A stretch of 64,000 nucleotides of DNA from sequence record MN882349.1; one strand, written 5' to 3'. The stretch comes from Escherichia phage Ec_Makalu_003. Positions 10,775 through 24,145 of the stretch are shown here, piece after piece; positions within the stretch are counted from its first letter, which is position 1; each line of letters opens with the position of its first letter. A program made the translations under genes and the position numbers. The notes below the pieces were generated by a model. The model made no database searches. It saw only the letters and a program-made list of their open reading frames with translations, and was not told the origin of the DNA.

Positions 10775-11613
10775 TGGCACGACTTTCCAAACAAGAACAA
10801 AAATTACACGATCGGGCAATGGAGCTAATCAATTCAGACCGCCCATTGACATATGAAGAAAAGGAGTTTTGCTATAATAACTATCATGGAGATGGTCTAG
10901 GTGGTTCCGGTGCATTCTTTACCCCAGAGGGGCTTGCGTGGGATTTTACCATTGACGCACACTGCACCGGAAAAGTATTAGATTTGTGTGCTGGGATCGG
11001 TCGCTTATCTTTCTGTATGTTACATCGATGCAGACCAGAAAAGATCGTATGCGTCGAACTCAATCCAGAATTTTCGCGGATTGGCAAGCGACTATTACCG
11101 GAGGCAGAATGGATCACCAGCGATATATTCGAATTTGAGTCAAACGAAAAATTCGATGTGGTGATCAGCAATCCACCTTTCGGTAAAATCAATACAACCG
11201 ACACAAAGGATGTATTTGAATACACAGGCGGCGAATTTGAATTTAAGGTTATGACGTTAGGCCAGAAGTTTTCCGATGTAGGTTATTTTATTGTTCCTTC
11301 TGGTTCCGCTGGGTTTGCGTATTCTGGTAGACCTTATTATGATGGATCAGTGAAGTCTAATAAATATCTAAAGTGGAGCAAACAAACTGGCCTTGTGACT
11401 TATGCCGGATGTGGGATCGATACATCAATTTATCGCGATGAATGGCACTGCACCAACGTTTTAACAGAAGTGGTTGAGGTTCGGTATTACGAGAAAGAAG
11501 CCGTAGAAGCGCCTAAATCGCGTCCTAACGAACAAATAGAAGAAAGTAAGGAGATTACCTTACCAGAACAGGAAAGCGAGTCTGGGACGCTCTCAGACTT
11601 GTTTGACATTTAA
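10774..11613 (+). CDS. putative N6-adenine DNA methyltransferase (gamma-class motif order)
   Basis: 279 aa; motif X-like GAFFTPEGLA, motif I VLDLCAGIGRLS, motif IV VVISNPPFG in that order; TAATG overlap with upstream ORF. DNA versus RNA/protein substrate not decidable from sequence. Confidence 0.6.
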   Translation: MARLSKQEQKLHDRAMELINSDRPLTYEEKEFCYNNYHGDGLGGSGAFFTPEGLAWDFTIDAHCTGKVLDLCAGIGRLSFCMLHRCRPEKIVCVELNPEFSRIGKRLLPEAEWITSDIFEFESNEKFDVVISNPPFGKINTTDTKDVFEYTGGEFEFKVMTLGQKFSDVGYFIVPSGSAGFAYSGRPYYDGSVKSNKYLKWSKQTGLVTYAGCGIDTSIYRDEWHCTNVLTEVVEVRYYEKEAVEAPKSRPNEQIEESKEITLPEQESESGTLSDLFDI

Positions 11614-11616
11614 TTA

Positions 11617-11645
11617 AAAGCCGTCCTTGTGGGCGGCTTTTTTGT
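11617..11645 (+). terminator. rho-independent terminator after methyltransferase cassette
   Basis: Hairpin AGCCGTCCTTGTGGGCGGCT followed by TTTTTT. Confidence 0.7.
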
Positions 11646-11653
11646 ATGTATTT

Positions 11654-11661
11654 TATAAATA
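11654..11661 (+). promoter_or_regulatory. T4-type late promoter TATAAATA upstream of gene 9
   Basis: Exact TATAAATA 28 nt upstream of the gene 9 ATG. Confidence 0.6.
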
Positions 11662-11688
11662 ATACATCATAACATGAGGAATTAAACA

Positions 11689-12543
11689 ATGGCACAAGTT
11701 CCAAAGAAAAGAATAGACACAGGTACTGTCGGCAATCCATCGACTGGCGATATCTTATATGATGGCGGTAATAAAATTAACGATAACTTTGATTCAATAT
11801 ATGACGCATTTGCTGATCAGCGGTTTAAAGACGTAGACCACGGCGTGGGAAGAATGGTTATTCATGCAACCGGATACTATCAGAAGCATCCACGTCAAAG
11901 CTACGCTGGTTCCGCTGTTGAGATTGGGAGTCTACACGATATCGATACAACTCAAGGCGCACTTATTGCTATTCTACCTAAAGCAAAGGTCGGCGAGGGT
12001 GTTGTATTCATAAATAGTAACGGTAGCCTTTCAACGACTACACCGCTCAATATTCGAACTCAAGCAGGTGATTCTATTAGCGGGTATTCTGGTGATGCTA
12101 CAATAACACAACCATTTTCAAAAGTCACTGTTTGGTGTACTGCCGTTGAAGGTAGTCGCGTAACGTGGCGATTGGGTATCGAAAGTATGTTTACCGATAC
12201 AACAACGCCATTGGATAAAACAGTTAACGTAACTGGAGTAGCAACAAACGTTGCTATTGCCGCAAAAACAGAATACGTTTCCATCAAATTATTAACTACC
12301 GCTAGCAATACATCCGGTTCAAAAATGCGTTCAAGTGAAACGCTACTGATGATTGATTCTAAAGCCGGAAAAGTTTATGCGACGGAATATGCAGTTTTGC
12401 AGAAGACAGAAGATGAACTATACACGGTTCGTTATTTCATCGGTTCCGGCGATAAAGTATATGCAGAGTATAAGGCTACTGGCGAAAATATTCGTTTAGC
12501 AGTTAAAGCCGTAGACACTATTAAAATCGGGGTTGCTACATGA
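11689..12543 (+). CDS. 9: baseplate wedge / long tail fiber socket protein gp9
   Basis: 284 aa (T4 gp9 288 aa); gene order; own late promoter. Confidence 0.8.
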   Translation: MAQVPKKRIDTGTVGNPSTGDILYDGGNKINDNFDSIYDAFADQRFKDVDHGVGRMVIHATGYYQKHPRQSYAGSAVEIGSLHDIDTTQGALIAILPKAKVGEGVVFINSNGSLSTTTPLNIRTQAGDSISGYSGDATITQPFSKVTVWCTAVEGSRVTWRLGIESMFTDTTTPLDKTVNVTGVATNVAIAAKTEYVSIKLLTTASNTSGSKMRSSETLLMIDSKAGKVYATEYAVLQKTEDELYTVRYFIGSGDKVYAEYKATGENIRLAVKAVDTIKIGVAT

Positions 12544-14342
12544 AACAATTAATTAATATCGGTAACGTTGTTGATGACGGTACAGGTGATTATCTAAGAA
12601 AAGGTGGTCAAAAGATTAATGACAACTTTTCTGAACTTTATACTAAGCTGGGGGATGGTGATATCCCTCATGCATCCGGCGCGTGGAAAACTCACACACA
12701 ACCAGTATTAAAACCAAATTTTGGTGATGCATGGGCGATTAATACAACGAACAACGCTGTTTCTGTTGAATTGCCTAAAGGAAGCGCGAGTGATTATAAT
12801 AAAACAATTAAACTTCGTGATGTTTGGCGCTCATGGGCTGCACATAACGTAACGTTGAAGCCAGCACAAGGTGATACCATTAAGGGATCTCCAATCGACC
12901 GTGAGTTGTATAAAGATTTCATGGATGTTGAATTGGTTTATTGTGCGCCTGGACGTTGGGAATATGTCGAAAATAAACGAGTAGATACTATCACCACTTC
13001 CGATTTAAGCACAGTTGCCAAAGAAGTTTATATTGCAACCGAAGGACAAACAGACTTCCCTAATGTTTTTGGTTCCAATACTTACAATATTCGAAATGTT
13101 GAAGTGTATTATCGCGGTAACTTGCTTTATTATGGCAAGGATTTAACCGATGATTCTAACTATGGTTCAATCGGTGAAAACGGTGATATTGTTCCGCTGG
13201 ACGGTAAAAGCATTAAATTACGCTTCCCTTGTTCGGCTGGTGATACCATTCAAATCATAACTTATATGGACGGTATCGCATCCTTCCGGTCAAGCTATAT
13301 TACTCATACAATCCGCGTTTATGAAACAGGAATGACCACTTTGGAATCCATCCCCGGTGAAGTTTGGGTTGGTGAACTAGCTAATAAGAAAGAATTTACT
13401 AATGCTGAATTAGGCGTAAGTAAGCGAGATCTTATTAATCCAAATTCATTTGAATTGCTGATCAACGGCACACAAATGATTAAAGCGGGTGATGCGGATT
13501 TACCTTCCTTTATTTGTGAAGGCGCTGACGGTGAAACGGAAGAAACCTGCGTACTTGCTGGCGGTCAATGGGTGGAATCTGGGGAAGATTATTCATTGAT
13601 GTTCGACGAAAACAGCGTGGTGACTGGTATTAAATTATCTAAAGCACTAGATAACCGAGATACTATCACAATTCGCTGGTTTAATAATGATATCGGAACA
13701 TTAATGGAATGGGACGGTGTAGGCGGTATTAAAGAAAAAGCAGATAAAATCTATCTTAATAACGAAGATGAAGTTACTCTGACAAATCGAATTGAATATA
13801 CCGATTTCCAAAATCCAAGCCAAGCAACTAAACGCCCAATGGAAGATTATACAGGTCGTGTGATGGATATCTATTCCATATTCGATATTTTCTATCCTAT
13901 AGGCACAATTTATGAAAATGCGCATAACCCAGCTAACCCAGCGACATATATGGGATTTGGTACATGGGTACGTTATGCAGAAAAAGAATTTTTAGTTGGT
14001 TGGTCTTCTGACGCAAGCGATCAAAACTTCGCACTAAACAACAACGATCTTGATACACATGGTCAACCTACACACACCGCAGGTGGTAACGGTGGTGATG
14101 TTGCATACCAGATCAAGAAAAATATGATTCCTGAATTACAGAGCGACGTTCGGGTTCTTGTAAAAGATGATAACGGAAATATTATCATTGGTGGTTGTCA
14201 GGTAGACCCTGATGCAGTAGGTCCAGCGTTTACCAAATATCGAGAAGATAATGTTAAAGTTAATCAGGGAAATACCGACCCATCAATGATTGGTATTCTT
14301 CCTCCATACAGAACTGTCTATCGTTGGCTAAGGGTAGGTTAA
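12540..14342 (+). CDS. 10: baseplate wedge subunit and tail pin gp10
   Basis: 600 aa (T4 gp10 602 aa); overlaps gene 9 stop. Confidence 0.8.
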   Translation: MKQLINIGNVVDDGTGDYLRKGGQKINDNFSELYTKLGDGDIPHASGAWKTHTQPVLKPNFGDAWAINTTNNAVSVELPKGSASDYNKTIKLRDVWRSWAAHNVTLKPAQGDTIKGSPIDRELYKDFMDVELVYCAPGRWEYVENKRVDTITTSDLSTVAKEVYIATEGQTDFPNVFGSNTYNIRNVEVYYRGNLLYYGKDLTDDSNYGSIGENGDIVPLDGKSIKLRFPCSAGDTIQIITYMDGIASFRSSYITHTIRVYETGMTTLESIPGEVWVGELANKKEFTNAELGVSKRDLINPNSFELLINGTQMIKAGDADLPSFICEGADGETEETCVLAGGQWVESGEDYSLMFDENSVVTGIKLSKALDNRDTITIRWFNNDIGTLMEWDGVGGIKEKADKIYLNNEDEVTLTNRIEYTDFQNPSQATKRPMEDYTGRVMDIYSIFDIFYPIGTIYENAHNPANPATYMGFGTWVRYAEKEFLVGWSSDASDQNFALNNNDLDTHGQPTHTAGGNGGDVAYQIKKNMIPELQSDVRVLVKDDNGNIIIGGCQVDPDAVGPAFTKYREDNVKVNQGNTDPSMIGILPPYRTVYRWLRVG

Positions 14343-14343
14343 T

Positions 14344-14988
14344 ATGATTTCGAAAACACGTTCAAAAGCTAGTGTATTTTCCAGCGATGCGGCGTTTATT
14401 TCATACGATCCAGGATCGAAAGATCCTGTTATCGGTGGTTCTCGTCCAATTGGTGGCGTTAATGTCGATCAATCAAGAAAAGGTTCCTATGTAAGCAACG
14501 TTCAATCTGCAATTGATGACCTTTATTCATTGTCAATGATCCGAATTGGTGATGTGTTGGTTACAACCAACTCAACTCCACCACAAGCCGCAGGACAGAT
14601 TGAAACTCTGTCATTTTCTGGTTCTGTTAACAATCAGCATAATCCAGACGCAAACAAAGTATTAATTGATGTTTTGGGTTATCCATTTATTGTTGATGTT
14701 GGTTCTTCCGGCGTTTCTCTATGTGAGAAAGTAACGGAAAAATTTACCGAACTAATGAATAAAAACATTATGTTCAAAGAAGTAAAAAGAAAAGGAAGTA
14801 GCAACGACCAATTAGAAATTCATTATATCGATTCTCTTGAACACCCACCAACCGATATTAACAAGTACGGAATTACAATCACAGGAAATGTTGATTCCCC
14901 TTCCCGTGTTGGTTATGGTTCATGGTCTCGCATGGGTACAGAAGAGAAATTTGGAACTACCCTATATTATTTCAAACGTATTGCATAA
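14344..14988 (+). CDS. 11: baseplate wedge subunit and tail pin gp11
   Basis: 214 aa (T4 gp11 219 aa); gene order. Confidence 0.8.
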   Translation: MISKTRSKASVFSSDAAFISYDPGSKDPVIGGSRPIGGVNVDQSRKGSYVSNVQSAIDDLYSLSMIRIGDVLVTTNSTPPQAAGQIETLSFSGSVNNQHNPDANKVLIDVLGYPFIVDVGSSGVSLCEKVTEKFTELMNKNIMFKEVKRKGSSNDQLEIHYIDSLEHPPTDINKYGITITGNVDSPSRVGYGSWSRMGTEEKFGTTLYYFKRIA

Positions 14989-14999
14989 GGTGATGTATA

Positions 15000-16400
15000 A
15001 TGTCAAACAATACTATTAACCATGTAAAAGACGATGCTCAATACGTCAAGTTTAACCCTGTAAATGATTGGCCTCAAAGCATTACCAACGTACAAGCGGC
15101 TTTAGCCGCTATTAATGGCTTTGCCGTAAATGGATTACCGGACGCTACGGAAGATACAGCCGGGATCGCTGCAATCGCAACTCAGGAAGAAGTAAACGAC
15201 GGGGTAGTAGACAATAAGATCGTGACTCCAAAAACACTGGCTGTTAAAATGTCACGTCCAGATGCTACAAAAGAAGTAAAAGGCATTACCCGATTTGCCA
15301 CAATGGAAGAATCGCTGCAAGAGAGCAACGAGAACATGGCAATCGGTCCAGACACACTAAACCATTACTTCACCACTAAAAAGGCGTCAGAGAGCGTTCA
15401 GGGGACTATTAAGATATGTTCTCTTGAGGCGGCAAAGATTGGCAGTGATGACACAATGGCAGTAACACCGAAAAAGATGCACACTGCCATTGCACAGATT
15501 GTACCGGGATTAATTCCAGATCAAAACACAGCAACCGAAAGCGCACAGGGTTTAGTTCAGTTAGCAACCAGTGCGCAGGTTTTACAAGGCCAGATTCGAG
15601 AAGGTTTTGCAATTAGTCCTTATGCATTTGCAAATGCTCGCGCCAATGAGAATCAGGCGGGTACTGTTAAGATCGCCAGTCAGTCACAGATGAATGCTGG
15701 TTCAGATGATACTGTAGTTGTTTCTGCTAAGAAGTTTGCAAGCACTAAGGCAACAACGTCTCAATACGGTATTGTTAAACTACGAGACACCGTAGGAAGT
15801 GAGGCTAATGCTGCACTATCAGCAAATGCTAAGGTTCTTCCTAGCACTGGCGGTACGGTAAGCGGAAACGTCTATAAAGGTTCAAACTCAGACGGCAACC
15901 AGTTTGTTACTAAAAATGAATTAGCGAATCACGCAATGCCAATTGGTGGTATTATCCTTTCTGGATTCAATGCCGACCGAGGTGACTTTCTGATCTGTAA
16001 TGGTCGTTCACTGAATAAAAATCAATATCCGCAATTATTTTCTGCGATTGGTTATACCTTTGGTGGTTCAGGTGACAATTTTAACATTCCTGATATGCGC
16101 GGTTTAGTTGCTCGTGGTTGCGATCATGGAAGAAACCTTGATCCAGGTCGTCGATTTGGTTCTTATCAAGAAGACGCAATGCAGAGAATTACTGGTAAAT
16201 TCCCTGTAGCTGACCGCTGGCGCGGTTGGTATGGTGGCGCATTTACTGCACAGCGCGGTCAATGGAGCACGAACTATAAAAATGGTGGGGGTGATGATTG
16301 GGGTTCTACTGTTAACTTTGACTCAGGAAGATCCGTAAGAACGGCTAACGAGACTCGCGTCAAGAGTCTGGCATTAAACTATATCATAAGGGTGCGCTAA
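15000..16400 (+). CDS. 12: short tail fiber protein gp12
   Basis: 466 aa; internal fiber repeats (IGSDDTMAVTPKKM / AGSDDTVVVSAKKF); position between gene 11 and wac. Confidence 0.8.
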   Translation: MSNNTINHVKDDAQYVKFNPVNDWPQSITNVQAALAAINGFAVNGLPDATEDTAGIAAIATQEEVNDGVVDNKIVTPKTLAVKMSRPDATKEVKGITRFATMEESLQESNENMAIGPDTLNHYFTTKKASESVQGTIKICSLEAAKIGSDDTMAVTPKKMHTAIAQIVPGLIPDQNTATESAQGLVQLATSAQVLQGQIREGFAISPYAFANARANENQAGTVKIASQSQMNAGSDDTVVVSAKKFASTKATTSQYGIVKLRDTVGSEANAALSANAKVLPSTGGTVSGNVYKGSNSDGNQFVTKNELANHAMPIGGIILSGFNADRGDFLICNGRSLNKNQYPQLFSAIGYTFGGSGDNFNIPDMRGLVARGCDHGRNLDPGRRFGSYQEDAMQRITGKFPVADRWRGWYGGAFTAQRGQWSTNYKNGGGDDWGSTVNFDSGRSVRTANETRVKSLALNYIIRVR

Positions 16401-18169
16401 TGATTGAACAATTAAACATCCACGAGATCCCACATGTTGACGGTGTACCAAGCGAAGGACAGCACCGTATTAATTGGATCAAGAATGGCGAATGTTTAAG
16501 CGCAGCAACGACACAGACTGGCAATGACGGGACGCTTAACCGCGCCCCGGTTGCAATTCAAGAAAACGTTGCACGCGTAAACGAAAACGCAAAATCAACC
16601 GTCTCTAAAGTTAACGAGGTTGTAACGGCGGTTAACGATATTAAAACAACTTTAGGGGTAATTTCTGACGGAAGTATCATTGATGTGGTTAACCAGACTG
16701 TCGCAAAAGTTGAATCCGTCGAAGAGAACTTAGGAGAAACAGCAAGAACTCTGCAAACAACGGTAGACGCTGTATCAGAACTTAACATCAAGATTGGTGA
16801 TCGCCCCGCTGCCGATCCGAGCACAAGAACAATCTATGATGACATTTCTTTCATCAAACAAGAAATGGGTTCTTATCCTAACTTTAATATCAATGGTTCC
16901 CCTGATGCTGGCAGTTCCGGTTCTGGCATCAAATACCGAGTTATTCAGAATACCGCAGCATTAAATGACCACGGTCGCCGAATCGTTCAGCTTGAAAACG
17001 ACTGGCAAGATTCTGACGTAGGCGAGTTAACAAGACAAGTTAACAAAATGCGCAGTGAGATCGGCGACACGTCTCTTGCCACACAAGAAAATGTGTATGT
17101 TCGTCTCCGCACCAACGCAAGAAACATTGCTAACCTATCAAACGAAGTTCTAGAAGTCAAGAAAGCAATTTTGTTTGATTCAATCCCTGATATCGGGACT
17201 AAAGTCACTACGCTGGGCACTAATTATGAACTTCTAAACAATGATGTTAATGGTGTAGATTCCGGTATTCGTCCTCGTCTTCTGGCTGTCGAGAATAAGA
17301 TCGGAACGCCTCAATCGGCTGGAAGCATTGATTATCGATTAACCAACACAGAGCGAGAATTTTTAGATCTTAAACAGGTTGTTGGTGTAAGCGGTGCTGA
17401 CGGTTTGCGCGGTGAAGTTGTTCGACTTTCCAATGAGATTGGCACTGACAGCGATCGACATACTCTAGCCGGACGTATTAAAGTTGTAGAAAACACTCAG
17501 GGTCGGTTAGAAGCAAGCGTACAGGACATGGAGCAGATTGTAGGTGATCGCGAATCAGGTTTGACCGCTGGCGTCATTAAACTATCAAGTGATATCTATG
17601 GTGATGATGGTTCAGAAGATCCATTTACTCAGAAAGGCGTGATTAAAATCGTCAAAGAGCTACAAACATCTAACGGAAACAAAGTAGATGATGTACCTGA
17701 TGACGGTTTCCATTATCTGCGTAAGCGCGGAGAATGGGTGCAAGTTGCATATGCTGCTGGATCATTTAAAAATACCGCAGATATTACGGTTGAACTTGAC
17801 GAACAGGATGTTTATAAACAGATTCCACTTAACGACATGGCGGCAGAAGTTAATGCTCGTCAAATGGTGAAAAGTGAATCTGTTGTCACCGTTCAGGACA
17901 AAGGTTTATTCCGTTGTGTATTCCGTTGTGCTGTACAAGCTCAACATAATGCAACATTCACTGTTGCGATTTTCAAAAATGGACAGATGGTATATGAAGC
18001 GAAAAATGGTCATTACGGCACAGACGAATTGATCAGCTATTCTACCAGTGCTTTCCTAAATATTGAAAAGGGAGATCAGATTAACATCCGTATTAAGGGT
18101 GTATCTGCCGAAGCAGTAGCACAGCCAGTACAAATTAAAGAGTTCCTCTTTGGGATTTCTCCGGTATAA
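16400..18169 (+). CDS. wac: fibritin (whisker) Wac with foldon-like segment and C-terminal extension
   Basis: 589 aa; N-terminus PHVDGVPSEGQHRINWIKNGE matches recalled T4 fibritin; foldon-like DGFHYLRKRGEWVQV followed by about 130 extra residues. Confidence 0.85.
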   Translation: MIEQLNIHEIPHVDGVPSEGQHRINWIKNGECLSAATTQTGNDGTLNRAPVAIQENVARVNENAKSTVSKVNEVVTAVNDIKTTLGVISDGSIIDVVNQTVAKVESVEENLGETARTLQTTVDAVSELNIKIGDRPAADPSTRTIYDDISFIKQEMGSYPNFNINGSPDAGSSGSGIKYRVIQNTAALNDHGRRIVQLENDWQDSDVGELTRQVNKMRSEIGDTSLATQENVYVRLRTNARNIANLSNEVLEVKKAILFDSIPDIGTKVTTLGTNYELLNNDVNGVDSGIRPRLLAVENKIGTPQSAGSIDYRLTNTEREFLDLKQVVGVSGADGLRGEVVRLSNEIGTDSDRHTLAGRIKVVENTQGRLEASVQDMEQIVGDRESGLTAGVIKLSSDIYGDDGSEDPFTQKGVIKIVKELQTSNGNKVDDVPDDGFHYLRKRGEWVQVAYAAGSFKNTADITVELDEQDVYKQIPLNDMAAEVNARQMVKSESVVTVQDKGLFRCVFRCAVQAQHNATFTVAIFKNGQMVYEAKNGHYGTDELISYSTSAFLNIEKGDQINIRIKGVSAEAVAQPVQIKEFLFGISPV

Positions 18170-18175
18170 GAAATT

Positions 18176-18199
18176 AAAGGGGCGTTAAGCCCCTTTTTC
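18176..18199 (+). terminator. rho-independent terminator after wac
   Basis: Hairpin AAAGGGGCGTTAAGCCCCTTT followed by a T-run. Confidence 0.7.
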
Positions 18200-18215
18200 G
18201 TTTATAGGTGATATT

Positions 18216-19148
18216 ATGTCAGGATATGTAACCAATAACCCAAGAGAATTAAAAGACGCTATTCTGCGTCGTTTAGGCGCACCAGTGATTAACGTAGAAG
18301 TAACAGAAGACCAGATTTACGATTGTATTCAGAGAGCACTAGAACTCTATGGGGAATATCATTTCGATGGTGTGAATAAAGGATATAAAGTATTTCGTGT
18401 TAGCGCAGAGCAAGCACAACACGGGGTATTTGATTTAAGCGATTCTGGGGTATTCGCAGTAACTAAAATTATTCGAACAAACGTAGGTAGCGCGGCTACG
18501 ATGGATGGCACTGCCGTTTATCCGTGGTTTACCGACTTTCTGTTGGGTTTAGCGGGTGTAAATGGCGGTCTAGGATCTGGATGTAGTAAATTTTATGGTC
18601 CAAATGCAATGGGCGGTGATCTAGGATATTTCGAACAGCTTATGAGCTATCGAGCCACTATGCAAAATATGCTCAATCCGCTGCCAGATTATTGGTATAA
18701 CAGCGCAAACGGACAACTTAAGATAACAGGAAACTTCCGAGAAGGTGATCTCATTGTTGTTGAATTATATGTTAAAAGCTATGTAGACGTTCCTGATATG
18801 ATCGGCGCGGTTGCTGGTTATGCTCATGCGGGAGGATGTTCTACCGCTGGAGGAATTAGTGCCGTTTATGATAATCCAACTGCTGGTTTAAGCGGGATTG
18901 TTGCTGGCATGGGACCGATCAGTGAGAACAAGCAGGGCGCATATAATAACCGTTGGGTTAAAGACATGGCAACCGCTTTCACTAAGGAGGTGTGGGGGTC
19001 CATCATGGCTAAACATCAAGGTCTGCAATTACCCGGCGGTGTCACTGTTGATGGTATCCGAATCATTGAAGAAGCACGCGCCGACATTGAGAAATTGCGA
19101 CAAGAACTAGAATTATTAGATCCTCCGTTCGGCATCCTCATGATTTGA
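18216..19148 (+). CDS. 13: neck protein gp13
   Basis: 310 aa (T4 gp13 309 aa); SD AGGTGA; gene order. Confidence 0.8.
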   Translation: MSGYVTNNPRELKDAILRRLGAPVINVEVTEDQIYDCIQRALELYGEYHFDGVNKGYKVFRVSAEQAQHGVFDLSDSGVFAVTKIIRTNVGSAATMDGTAVYPWFTDFLLGLAGVNGGLGSGCSKFYGPNAMGGDLGYFEQLMSYRATMQNMLNPLPDYWYNSANGQLKITGNFREGDLIVVELYVKSYVDVPDMIGAVAGYAHAGGCSTAGGISAVYDNPTAGLSGIVAGMGPISENKQGAYNNRWVKDMATAFTKEVWGSIMAKHQGLQLPGGVTVDGIRIIEEARADIEKLRQELELLDPPFGILMI

Positions 19149-19184
19149 TTTATTGGGGGAGTATTCCCCCATTTGGAGTAACAT

Positions 19185-19925
19185 ATGTTTAACAACACTC
19201 TTTTTGCTCGCCTTGAATCGCAAAAGGATTATGAGAATACACGACAAACCGAGATTCTCAATCCTTATGTGAACTTCAATAGGCATACTAATACCCAGAC
19301 GTTAGCCGACGTTATGGTCGCTGAAGCTATTCAGATGCGAGGTGTAGAATTATATTACATCCCTCGTGAATTTGTCAAACCAGACATGATCTTTGGCGAG
19401 GATGTTCAAAGCAAATTTACTAAAGCATGGAAATTTGCGGCTTATATTAACTCATTTGATGGGTATGAAGGAGCGGGGAATTTCTTCTCTAGTTTCGGTT
19501 ATCAAGCCAATGATGAACTAACTTTTACGGTTAACCCCAACCTATTCAAGCATCAAGTAGATGATCAAGAGCCAAAATCAGGTGACTTGATTTATATTCC
19601 AATGAGTAATGATTTATTTGAAATTAATTACGTTGAGCCATATCAGCCGTTTTTTCAGGCTGGCAAAAATGCTATGCGTAAAATTATTGCAGAGAAATTC
19701 GTGTATAGCGGTGAGGAATTGCGACCAGAATTACAACGCAACGAGGGAATTAATGTTGATGAGTTTGCGGATCTGGATCTTGCACCGATCACTAATCTGG
19801 ACGGGTTAACAGATATCAACTTAGATCAGTACAAAGAAGATAAGCAATTCAGAAGCGAAGGACAAGATTTTATTGATCCGTTTGATCCTATTAATGGCAA
19901 GGGTTCACCTTTCGCCGATTTTTGA
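19185..19925 (+). CDS. 14: neck protein gp14
   Basis: 246 aa (T4 gp14 256 aa); SD GGAGTA; gene order. Confidence 0.8.
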   Translation: MFNNTLFARLESQKDYENTRQTEILNPYVNFNRHTNTQTLADVMVAEAIQMRGVELYYIPREFVKPDMIFGEDVQSKFTKAWKFAAYINSFDGYEGAGNFFSSFGYQANDELTFTVNPNLFKHQVDDQEPKSGDLIYIPMSNDLFEINYVEPYQPFFQAGKNAMRKIIAEKFVYSGEELRPELQRNEGINVDEFADLDLAPITNLDGLTDINLDQYKEDKQFRSEGQDFIDPFDPINGKGSPFADF

Positions 19926-19953
19926 TAAATACTCATAAACAAGGGGGGGTCAA

Positions 19954-20787
19954 ATGTTCGGTTGGCACTATAATTCGTCAATTAGACGGTATATTGTATT
20001 GCTGGGTAATTTATTCTCCGGCGTACAAATTAAAAGGGTGCGTAGCGACGGTGAGCGTTTTATTAAAGTTCCTATCACCTACGCAAAGAAAGAAAAATTC
20101 ATGATGAGTCTGGACAAATATAACAATATCTCAAGTGAGGAAGACGTAGCAAAGGTAGAAACTATTTTACCGCGTATGTGTCTTTCTTTGATTGATATGA
20201 CATACGCCCAGAACTTTAAAACAAATATTGCAAATAAGACAGTACCAAAATATACGGCTGATGGAATCAGGAGCGTAACACAATATAATCCTGTACCATA
20301 TAAGTTTACTTTCGAGTTAGGGATTTATACGCGTAACGAAGATGATATGTTTCAGATAATTGAACAGATTCTTCCTTACTTCCAGCCTCATTTTAACTGT
20401 AAGATTAAAGAACTACACGGTAATGATGTATGGATTGATCGAGATATTCAGGTCACAATTAGTTCTATTACTCCAGATGAACAGGTAGGCGAAGATAAGT
20501 TTTCTCGTCGTCGTCTTGAGTGGACCATTATGTTCGAATTTATCGGATTTATATATCCTCCAGCTACCGACGTTAAAGGGGAAATTCGAACGATTTATCT
20601 TGATTTTCATGCCAATTCTCGTGAATTGAATCCTAGCGGTAATTTTGAATCAGTGGATCACGAGGTCGTTAAACGTGACGTCGAGCAAGAAGATTGGGAC
20701 GGAACTATCAAAGAATCATATTCTAGTGATATTCCAATACCAGTTGCACCGACTCCACCGGGTCCACGTAGTGTAAGAGAATTTTAA
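19954..20787 (+). CDS. 15: tail sheath stabiliser / completion protein gp15
   Basis: 277 aa; N-terminus MFGWHYNSSIRRY and segments VAKVETILPR, MFQIIEQILPYFQPHFN match recalled T4 gp15. Confidence 0.9.
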   Translation: MFGWHYNSSIRRYIVLLGNLFSGVQIKRVRSDGERFIKVPITYAKKEKFMMSLDKYNNISSEEDVAKVETILPRMCLSLIDMTYAQNFKTNIANKTVPKYTADGIRSVTQYNPVPYKFTFELGIYTRNEDDMFQIIEQILPYFQPHFNCKIKELHGNDVWIDRDIQVTISSITPDEQVGEDKFSRRRLEWTIMFEFIGFIYPPATDVKGEIRTIYLDFHANSRELNPSGNFESVDHEVVKRDVEQEDWDGTIKESYSSDIPIPVAPTPPGPRSVREF

Positions 20788-20800
20788 GAGGTAATTTATT

Positions 20801-24114
<3,314 letters not shown>

Positions 24115-24145
24115 CGATAATGCATAAAAAGATGAGGAAATTCTA

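Noticed and set aside
10774-11613. Calling the 279-aa methyltransferase a Dam homologue
   Set aside because: It lacks the DPPY motif and has FFTP...NPPF in gamma-class order; kept as a generic putative N6-adenine methyltransferase. An RNA or protein substrate cannot be excluded.
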